Source: Dimorphilus gyrociliatus (lineage: Eukaryota; Animalia; Annelida). From it: a DNA stretch of 64,000 nucleotides. A program made the position numbers and the translations under genes. Within the stretch, counting starts at the first letter, position 1. Every line of letters starts with the position of its first letter. Shown here one piece after another: positions 25,201-36,248 of the stretch. The stretch spans positions 992,001 to 1,056,000 of the forward strand of contig CAJFCJ010000015.1 of NCBI GenBank assembly GCA_904063045.1. The letters are read 5' to 3'. Below the pieces are notes generated by a model, which was not told the origin of the DNA, did no database searches, and saw only the letters and a program-made list of their open reading frames with translations.

Positions 25201-28200
25201 ACGAAGATGATTTCAATAAAGATGGAATATGTGAAAGGATAACATTAAATTCCTCGCCAGATTGTACCTTCAACTCTATAAAATTCTCTCCAGGTACAGA
25301 AATTGAGAAGGTCTTTTTTTTCTTTATTCTAGCTATCACTTTATAAACTAACGACCTCATTACACTATAAATTCCATCATTCGCCGATTCAAATTTTATA
25401 ATATCCAATGATTTTTTTGTCCAAGTAGCTGTTAGGACAACTTGTTGTAAGACAACTGTTCCTCTTCCAATTGCCAGCTGCGATCCCGACCAATCAAGCC
25501 ATATTGGAGCCGGCTCAGAACACGATAGTAAACCAGGATAGTCTCTAGTCGTTGTTGTTATCGACTGTCCGTTAATAGTAACATCATATTGGGTTATTTT
25601 AAACTGTGATAAAAAAGAAAAAGAGTTTCAATGCGAATGCTTGACTACTATTAGAAAATGATAACGAACAATAACTTTAAACTCTTCCTCATCAATTGAT
25701 CTTAGCTTTATCTCTAAATCAGAGCATGAACGTATAACAAGAACAATATTCTTTCTTAGCGGGTAGAGTGCCTCTGTATTTTGAAAGCTAAGTTTTATCA
25801 TCTTTCCTACATCTCTAAATGTTAGCCAATCGGCTTGATTTAGAGAAGAAAATGAAAGTTCCGTTATAGTATGACTGTTTGATTCGTTGGATGACCATTC
25901 ATCAATTATAGACTTATCTAAAATAAGACCGCGTCCAAAGCCTAAGGTCTGTTGTCTTAGCCAATTTATCCAGAGAGGAGTGAACTTATTACTGCTTAAA
26001 ATATTCTTAGTAGAGATATTACTCAGAATAGAGTGATCCTTCAACAGCTTTAAAATTGTTCGCGTATTGTTTTCAGCTCCAAATGTCAATTCATAGTCAT
26101 TCTGTCTACTAAAGTTGCGAGCAGGCGATAGTAAGACAGTAGCATCACTTTCGGATTGTACCTCAAAAGTTAATGCTGATTCTCTTGGACGAATCCAAAT
26201 ATTATCATACAATTTAGAATCCACAGCCTTTACAGTCTTAAAAATAGAGCTCCTAACTGAAAAAAGGTAAAATATAAATAATCTATTAAGCTTTACACAT
26301 TAAATTCTATTCTATTACATAAATTGTAAGGTATAAACCATTCTCCTCTATTTAATTCTGTTCTAAAAGAAATCAGATCCAAATCAGTCTCTGTCTTCAT
26401 ATTATAAGCCATTATAGTCATTTGATTGAAATCACTTCCAAATCCAAATTCAATCATTTTCGAATTCCACTGAATCCAAAATTGAACAAATCTAAATGAA
26501 TCTATAATTCTACCGGTGTTTTTAGAATCTGGATCTTGTCCAACTTCTCCTATTGTACATATTCTATTATTTACGCTTATACCAATTTGAACGGAGTGAG
26601 CTTTTCCCGGATCGCCTGGAGTATCTTCGGATAGATTTATGAAAGCATTAGCTTCAGCTCTAATACGAAATATCAGTTGATTTGAATCACTCGGCAATCT
26701 AAAGAAGTTGTCTTTAAAAGTGGTTCTTGAATGAGTGATATATTTGTACATAGGTGTTTCTATTAGGATTATAGATTATTATATCAAAATTTGTGCTTGA
26801 GTTAAATATATTCATTATTATGTACCTGAATATGTTTTAATATGCCATTCTCCGTAGGGAACTTTATCAGTCGACATTCCAACATTTCTCACTTCCGTTG
26901 AATCCGGTATATGGGATATATCGTGAGCCAAAAGAAAACTTTCTTCCAGAACATATCCTTTCCCTAAACGTACTAGTCCGTTATTCCAATGAATCCAGAA
27001 TGCACTCGGATTTAAACATACTAATATATCATCAGGAACTACGATACTAGTAACATTTCTCCGACCTACATCACCTATTTCAATGAGAGTATCATTTTTT
27101 TCCCTTTTACCAATTATAATTGCAATAGAATTTGGGGATACAGTTCTTGGAAAAGGTGATAAAATAAGTCTAACATTTCCACAAGCTAGAACGGAGAAGG
27201 AAAGTTGTTCGTTTGCTGCTATCCAATAATCTTTTATATGATTTTTAGTTCTTGTTTCAAATTGAAAATCAGTTAAAAGTGTTTTGGAGAAGATATATAA
27301 TATATCGAAAGTCTGACCCGCTGTTCGAGCTCCGATGCTAACTTCCTTCCAAGAGGCTCCTGCTCCTTGTTCATGTAACCTTAAAATTTCATTTTTTAGC
27401 ACTTCTTCACCTCTTCCCATAATAAAAGTCCCATTTAAAAGATGAACCCAGTACCTATGTTTTTAAAATAAGGTAAAGGAATAATTTTTTGTAAGAAAAA
27501 GAAAGAGTCTCATACGATCTTAGAGAATAGCAACTGAGCACTGAGCTAATGGAAGTATTAACGTTCTTAACAACACCACCTCCAATAGAGTTCATAAGAT
27601 CAATGCGCACTTTTTCTGTATCACCTTCAGGAGCTAAATTGATCTATATTGAAAAAAAATAGAATTTATTAATAATACCAAAGATAATCTTTTATAATTC
27701 TCTTCCTCGGACCTTGTGTACTCCGTAAGTTCCTGAATTAGGATATGCTTTAAATTCGATAGTTGCATCAGAGCAACCTAAAACTTTCCAGATAAATCCT
27801 GCATTTAAACCAGTCAAACCATAAGGTGCTCTTGAAGATGACGACCTTTCTCTCGTAGATATCATAAGATCTCCATCTGTAAAATATAGTATTAGAGAAA
27901 TTATGCTACAGAGAATCAACCTACCATTGTAGTTTGTAAACCTCCATCTACTTGTTGCCTTACTGTAGAAGTTAAAAGAATGAAATCTGGAAAATTGCGG
28001 TATTTGAGCGATATCAGTTGTTAAAATCACTCCATCACCGACAATGCTTCCACGACCAAATCTTAAAACTTTGTTATACCATGATATCCACATATACTTT
28101 AAAGGATATCTATACGCATAGAGATTTATTCGCGCACTTGCTACGATTTCGTCCTGAAAGTTGACTTGAACAGTCTCTTTCGATATGTTGAATCGATAAC

Positions 28201-31200
28201 TGAGAGGGCCATTTGCAGTATCAGTCGTAAGACGGACATACGCTTCATTCGGAAGTTGAAAATTTACGGCAAAGATCAAAAAGGATCTATGATTTTCATA
28301 TATTGTGGAAGTGACTCCATCCTTGGATAAGAATTCAACATCCATAACTGAAAAAATTTGTATGAAATAAATAAAGAACCAAAGAACTAATGTTCTTACT
28401 AGATGAGCGTTGAAATCTCCATTTAGCTAAACTACTACTACGTAATTCGATCCCTTTTAGTTCGTAAGGAAGTCTAGCATTCAAATTAATTAGTATATCC
28501 TGTCCAATGATTCTTCCTCGTCCTATCATTATACTTGACAACTGTTCATGTTTTATCCAGAAATTCAGTGAATTAGTACAACTAAACATATTAGATTCGT
28601 TGTAGGTTTTGTTGTTTAGTTCGCATCCAGGACAAATTATTTCAATAAAATCCATATTAAATATGATTTTTACATAGTCGCGCTCTAAAAATTTAGGAAA
28701 ACGAGCCAAAATCATTTCTGTTTGATTGCACGACATTATAGATCCATAGAAAGCATTTGAAACCATAGAAACATTTGTGTACATTGACGATTTGGTCTCA
28801 AGAAGGATTGTATTTTCATCTGGTTTAAATATTGGACTCTCTGTTGTTGGGATATCTGAGGGTTTTGTCACGGTGTTTGGATTCGGAGTGGTTCTAGGTG
28901 TAGTAGATATGGATGGGGGCAGTTGGTCATTATGAAACCGCCATTGGGCGAATCCAGATATTCCAATAGAGTTCATGAAAAATGCATCCTTATCTTCAAG
29001 TGTTACCGATATAATTTCCTGATTTGTATCCATTCGACGGAGTAAAATTCGTTTATCATCAGTTGTTAGTAGGAATCTTCTCATCTGACTCGGGCTTATA
29101 ACATTTGATTGGGGAAATGTTCTATTAAAAGACTTGCCGTCAGCTTGTGTATAAATAAACTTGGATTCCTTATTTTGATTTGCTCCCAGGATAATTTTAA
29201 TAAATGGTGGCCTATCGGAGAGTGGTGTACTGGTCAGAATCATGAATATCTCTCGACCGGATCTTACGCTAAATTCTTGACTATTCGAAGATCTATAACC
29301 AATCCAGGTCAGTATTTTATTAACATAAGATCTCGAGAAAAATTCAGCAGCTATAGAGAAAAAATGAAAAATACTGTTATCTTCTCCTAGTTATTGTCTT
29401 TATATATGGAAATAGATAATATACCATTTTCCTTTGGCACTCGCCAATCTGTCTTATTCCCGTTAAATCTAGCATGGCTAAAAGCAGTCATACTATCTTT
29501 TATAGTCAATATTTCTTGACCATCCGAATATTTTCCCGTACCTATGCTTAATATCTCTTTATCCCATATTATCCAAAATGGTCTAAGGATATAAGGATGT
29601 AGGCTAAATGGAATATTCTTTTTAAAAAAAAAATAAACATAAATATTTATCATCAATGAAAAATCTTAATGTATATAATAGGAAATGAAAGGATATTTAC
29701 CTCGGATTTAGTAACATTGCTACCGCTCGTTACAATTAACTGATACTTTTCGAATCGAATGTCGTAGCTCTTGTCAGATTGAATTCTTTCATTTTTTAGA
29801 TTAATAACTGCAGCTTCTTCCGATGAGACTTCAAATTGTAAAAGGTCAGTATTTTTGGGGAAAATTATGCCTGCATATTCAAAATTTTGATGCTCTGCTG
29901 TTATTAGGTAGGATGTTCCGTCTTCGTTGACATAATCTACGATTGCTCTGGCATTTTCAAAAGTACTTACAGTTACCGATGATATGTCTACTATCGATGC
30001 ATCAGTCCACTTTACCAGGACATGTTCATGGCGAACTCCTCCGGTCCCAACCGCAACTAGGTTACTCCTATCCCAAGCTATCCATAAACTCCTTGGCCAC
30101 TTGTTACTTAGTACACTTGTTATATTACTGCTAGCTTTTATATGGCCCCATAAACCTTCCCTATTATCGGCAAAATCAAATACATGATTTAAATTGAATT
30201 GATTAAACAACAGTAACTACCTGATTGATATCTTAGTTTTCAATATTTCAATATGATAGGCATTTCTATCATAAATTCGCGACGTTTCGGCAAGTAGAAT
30301 ATGAAGTTTGTGTTCACTAATTACATTCAAAACTACAAATTTCTCTTTAACAGGAACCCATAAATCTCTTAAATTCATATTTGGCTTAGTTAATTGTTGG
30401 AGATGATTGGCTGTTTGAATAAGATATCTTTTCAAATTCTGTATAATTTAGTAAGAAAGAAAACAAACATTGTTGTTGATCAAACAACCATCGTCCTTGA
30501 TCTGCTTGAGAAGAGGATTGCAATGCAAAAGCAGTATAATTTGTTATGCTTGCTGTAATATCATCCAAAATTCTTAAGAATGGCTCTCCAATACCAATTT
30601 TTAAAACATCAGATTCCCATTCTATCCAGAACTGTTGCTGAACATTGCAACTTAAAAAGATATTTGAACTGATAAAATAAGGATTTTGCTGGTCTGATAA
30701 GCGTACGATAATATTATCAGTATTTCCAACACCTAATAAAATAATTGATTATATTTGAATAGATTAATTACTAAGCTTACTAAATTCAATACTATCCGAA
30801 TTCGTATTTAATGGAGGTGACCGCAAAAGTAGTAGTTTAACGCTTTGACAAACCATCAAAGAAAATGTTATATAGTTCCTTTGTCTGGGATCTAGGTATA
30901 CAACGTTTGAATTGTTTGAAGGTACACCAGTCCAGAGGGAGTAGTAGGGATCTAAGTATATTTATAATGTATTATTAATTAAATAGTCATTGTTTCTTGA
31001 TTAGATATTTAATTTACTTCTATAGCCATTCAATTTCCATTGAACTGTATTGTCGTATATACCAGAGGCGAGTCCAATACCTCTTATACCATTCCATAAT
31101 TGTTTCTTATCGGGCTCGTAATGAGCTAAAACCACACTACCAACAGATCTGCCTTTTCCGAATAGAATTATTTCAGAGTCGTCTTCTTTTTTCTTCTGTT

Positions 31201-34200
31201 GGATTGTAATCGATACTTAAATGTAAAGTGAACTACGTTAACTTTTACTTGAAATTGCACCCAAAAATCCGTATAAAAGGCTTGTTCATTATAGCAGTTG
31301 AGAAATCTTCTTCCTCGTTTCTCAAAGATAACAACTCCGTTCAAAGATAGGGTAACTCTTGTCACGGAAACTTTTACAACTAGTGAATCCCTGCTTACAA
31401 TACCCTTATATTTCATTAAAACAACTTGAATTCCCTGACAACTTTTGGCACTGTTTTCAGAGATAGAATTATAATGTTTAAATAGTAATATATTTTAAAT
31501 AAAATTGAATAAAAACCTAAAGATAGAAGATGTTTTATGTTTCATTGAGTACCAGAATTCATCAAGTCTAGCGGTTTTAGTTACTACAGTTATCCAATGA
31601 TCTGAAAATTGATAAGTGCTTAATTCGATTTTACTGTTATGTTACTAGAGTAAAATTTCACCTTTTTCTTTTCGAATCCTCCAAGAGGACGGAGGTATAG
31701 CCATATCAACCGCATTTTCAGCAAAGAAACTATATGCTATTAAATGTTCTCTTTCCTGTATCGGCGTTTCTATTAGCTGCCTGTCTCCATAATTTGGACC
31801 CTGACCAACTTTCAGCATATTATCTGACCAAGTTATCCAAAAATAATGGAATTCATCGCAAGATAACATATCAACCTGTGTTTTCTCCTTTACTAAATTA
31901 TTTGCTTTAAATATTTGTATCTTTGTATTATCATTTCCTCCAAAGATAATCTATGCAAAAAGGAATATTCTTCTTATTAAATATAAAATATATATCTATA
32001 ATACCTGATACGTAAACGCATTAAGAATATCAACAGTTGTCTCATGTAGTTGTAGGTAGGCTTCTTTACAGGATCTAACAGCGACAATTATTGCTGTTTG
32101 ACCTCTATCGAGTGATACTATAATATTAAATGCAGGAGCTAAAGGTGAATTGATAATTGATGCCACATCCTCTAAATTAAAGTATACATAAATGGATTTA
32201 TTTGTCTGATAATAGAGGGAAAATGCTCTAACCGTAATACAAATCATTGTCAAAGATCCAATCGCCTGTATTATTTTTAGATGACAAAGCTATTTTATTT
32301 GATGTTAAACCTGCTCTATCTGGTTTAAAGATAATATTAAGTTTTTCTCCAGAGCCGACATTTTGACCCTTTCCACCCCAAAGTACATTAGAGTCCCACA
32401 TAAGCCAATAGTCGGAGTAGCTTGTGTCTGATAAAAGAATATCTGTACTAAGACCCTTTACAACATTTCCATCAGGAGGTGATAAAAAGAAAAGTCCACC
32501 AGACGTGTAATTAACTAAATTATGAATGAAATAAAGGAACTGTTTAGTCGAACTCTTGTTTTATTCAACTTTGATTAAAATAACTGACCTCTTCCTCTTT
32601 TATTTATTTCAAATTCCTTTGCAAATGACTCCTCTGAAATATCTCTATTAGTCGAAATCACTAAGGACGCTATATCCTTAGACTTTACTCTAAAGTTTAA
32701 GCCTCCTCTATTAGGTACCGATATCCAAGGTGAACTATCATACGAATTAAGATTTGAGGAATGATGATAAAACGACGAAACTAAGAGTTAATGGAAGAAA
32801 GTAGTTGAAATTAGAATAGAATATATTAATTTCCTATTTACCTATATGTTCATTAATAATCCATTCACCAATGTTTCTTTCTCCAGTTGCAAAAGATGCA
32901 GCAGTAATTGATAACTAATTGAAAATATTGAAATAAATTCAACCATATATAATATGGGTAAAACTTTACAAACCTTTAGAAAATCTCCTTCGATAAGAGT
33001 ATTTTGTGACGTCGTAGAACCTCTTCCCAATTTAACAGTATACATTGACGAGTTGAAACCCTTATCGTAGTAACTAATCCAAAACTTTCTTGGTTCCATA
33101 CAATTCAATAATGGATATCCAAATAATTTTGTTGTAATATTAACACTATCGTTTCCCTCAAATCTTTTAATTGATATTTTTCCATTGGTATCATCGATAA
33201 TGAATTCGTAAGAATTTTTGTCAGATTGTTTAAGTTGTTCGCTTAAAACTAATTTATTGATTACGTAATTGGTTTTTAACTAAAGTAATTATGTTTTTTA
33301 AATACTAACTTATGGAAGCAGAGTGGCAAGTTTTAATTGAAAATACAGCAATGTTTGAACCGAGAAGAATCCATGATGATTTATATTTGTCTATTAAATT
33401 TGAATTTGGCTTAGTTGGTTGAGTTCTTATTAAAATTCCATCATCTAAAAAGATTAAAGTATTATATAAAGACGTACACATCGTCTATATTTCTAATAGA
33501 TTTACCAGATTTCTCTTCAATACTCCATGATAAAAAGATATTTTGTTGAGTATTTTTGCCTGAAAAGGATACGGCTGATATTTCGAAAGCATTTTCCATT
33601 CGATGGTTGAAAATACTTTAAAAGTGATAATAAACTCTTGTGAATTATGTTAATTTGACAAATTATTGATAATACTGACATATTTAGACCCGGAGACTTG
33701 TCCGTCCCAAAATAAATTACTCCATTCGACCATGCAATCCAAAAATATCTATATACTGATGGATCTAAGACTTGACCTATCCAACGGCTTTCAATAACAA
33801 CTTCTCCCTTCCTCAATTGGACTCCTGTATTCCTTCGAGATCCAAGTACTATTTCGTAAACATCTACAGAAGCTATTCCTTGCCATCTTGCTGCTAATAC
33901 AAGAGCTTCGGCATTTCCTTTCAATCCAAATACAACGTAATGCCTCTTTGATCTAACATTTAACCAAACTTCATCATAGATAGGCCTCTGTGTGGATAAT
34001 GTTTGAATCCTTTCTCCTAGCGCTGTCATATGAGATAAAGTATTACATATATATTAAATTGATACTATTTGCTCTCTAACCATTATCTCTATCGAATTTC
34101 CACTGAATATATCCTCCCTGTTGTTTATCTACATTCCTAACATAAAGCTTATCAGGTCGAAATATTTCATCAGTACTCCAAGTAGCAATTACAAATTGGT

Positions 34201-35936
34201 CTTCATCTAATCCTTTACCAAAGGTAATATTTTTATTAGACCAACTTAACCATAGAGATCTATATTTAAAACATTCTAACGCCTTTTCGTTAGTATCTGA
34301 AGACAGATTCTTATATTCCGTATTATTGGCTAAAAACATTAAATCTAGGGATATTTTTCCATTAACAGAGCTAATTTTCAATCGAAACTTTACTTTCTCA
34401 TCTAAAAGTTATTGAGAAAATTTGTAGTTTAGATTATTGATATGTAAATTATCATTAACCTGGTTCATTAAAGAGATCAATTGAAACATTTGTATTACAA
34501 GATCGTATGTCAAATGGAAAGAAAGTCTTATATTGTACATCGATGGATGAACTTGTTGAGATGGTATCCCTATCGGTTTTAATGGTCCATTGATCGCCTA
34601 TAATAGAGAGACGTATAATATTCCAACTAGAGAGAATTAAATTCATAAAAGAAAATCGAACCTCTGGAATCTGGAAAATCCCAAATTGCAGTTTTATTCT
34701 CAGATGAATAGACAGAAACATATTTAGGTTTAAAATCAAAATCTTTCGTCCAACTTAGAATATTTCCTCTTTTGTTTAATGAACCCAATTCAAAAGTACC
34801 TTCTCTACCATTCCAATAGAGATTAAAGTCTCTTTTTGAAAAAATAGAACAATTTAATAACGTACTATAAGAATTAATAGAGTTTAATCTTTACCTATTT
34901 TCATCGCATGATAGAATGTGTGTAGTTGATATAAAAGTATAATCCATAGTTCTATTAAATCTAAATCCGCTTTTCATATTATCCTTTCCAATAATAATTT
35001 CCCTTATACTATTTAATTGATCTTCCTCTTCCGATAATAAAATTAATACATCGCTGCAGGCTTTTACTCTGGACGTATATTAAGAGTTGAATATAGATAG
35101 AAAGTATATTAATATAACCTAAAAAGTTACCTAAAATAGAATGTATGCGTAGTACGTTCAGGAATGAAATTTCTCCATATTGTTTTATATAATGGTCTCT
35201 TTGACCCAGTCTTTAAAAATACTTCCTTTGCTACAAACCAATGTATATATATACATATGTAAATAATTGCTTGTTTTTACCTACTATAGTCTTTAAGAAC
35301 TTTCCATTGTCCATCAGAACCAAAACCAGTATTTAGAGCAACTCCAGCAACTTGAAATTTAATCCCTTCATCAATCATTTTACCTATTTGATTTTTACCG
35401 AATTCACTACCCCTTCCAATAACAAGTGTTTTATTTGACCAAGTAATCCAGTAGGTTAAAAACTTATTCTTATCTAATAAATTAGGAATAAAATCGTTGA
35501 TTGGTTGACTTGTTTCATTTCTCATAAATAGTTTCCTTCCTCTGCTACCGCCAATAATAATTTCGTAATATCTTCCAGTTTTTAACTTGTTAAAATCAGG
35601 ATTTGAGGGAAATAATAAATGAGCATCATTTTCAGCTTTAATTTTAATAACTAGTCTTTCGAAATCAGTTGTAAAGAACGCATAATCGTAGACGTCATCA
35701 TGATTTGGCGTAAAAAATAAATACTCTATTTCTATAACAGATTGAAAAGACAATAAATAAAGGAAGAGATCGTTAAGTATCAATAACTTACCTTTCGAAT
35801 CTTCTTGTCCAAATACTAGATTACCTGTAAGAAATAACAATTTACAAAAGAGAATTAAATCGATAATTAATTGATCTAATTTACTTTTTATTAATACAAA
35901 AAATGAACATAACGCTATTAAAAAGCGTAAAATCAT
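10295..35936 (-). CDS. Giant type I membrane protein: signal peptide, about 45-50 tandem FAMeT-like (Methyltransf_FA) repeats, Thr-rich stalk, TM helix, FxNPxY tail
   Basis: A ~150-aa unit recurs throughout: F.V.AC..A.I.L..YEI.IG...N..S.IR..T..IL.C....FWISW....I..G.G...W.....S...G.W. The best copies (e.g. QAKNDAFLAL..YEILIGGAKNTKTEIR..FWISW..TTGFGSTGKW) match the arthropod FAMeT/CPAMD8 domain. Checked junctions are in frame (35.1-35.9k, 32.9k, 25.6k, 22.7-23.1k, 18.6-18.8k, 14.0k, 13.5k, 11.7k, 11.15k, 10.7k). No internal signal peptide or TM segment was seen. Not every junction was checked, so a split into more than one gene is not formally excluded. Confidence 0.8.
10790..11070 (-). repeat. 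Thr/Lys/Pro-rich mucin-like coding repeat (juxtamembrane stalk of the giant protein)
   Basis: KPTTPTTPKKTTVSTTQTTTKKATTPTTPKKTTTIISTTRTTTKRPTTTKKPTTT contains an internal imperfect duplication. Confidence 0.85.
22728..22783. repeat. Compound (GA)n(GT)n microsatellite in an intron of the giant gene
   Basis: gagagagagtgtgtgtgtgt seen directly. Confidence 0.9.
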
Positions 35937-36234
35937 TTCTATATTAGGTTTTCCTTTTGCAGAATATCAGTGTAAATTGTTTTTTAACTGACTTCTTTTA
36001 ATAATAAAAATGGAGAATGATTAAAAACAATTACGGTTCGAAATATTTGTGGGCGTTCTTTTTGCGATAAGACTAATTAGTATACTGTTATATTGATTAT
36101 GATGTAGTGATCTCTTTTTTGAATAATTCTATTTTATTCTCTTTACAAATTCTTAACGATTTAATAATTAATATGATAAAATATGCCTTTAGTTACTTAT
36201 TAAGCAATTGTCAATATTATGATGGTTTTAACAA

Positions 36235-36248
36235 TCACTAGATGGTGC
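36235..36248 (+). promoter_or_regulatory. CTCF-like motif about 300 bp upstream of the giant gene ATG
   Basis: TCACTAGATGGTGC matches 12/14 positions of CCASYAGRKGGCRS. Confidence 0.5.
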
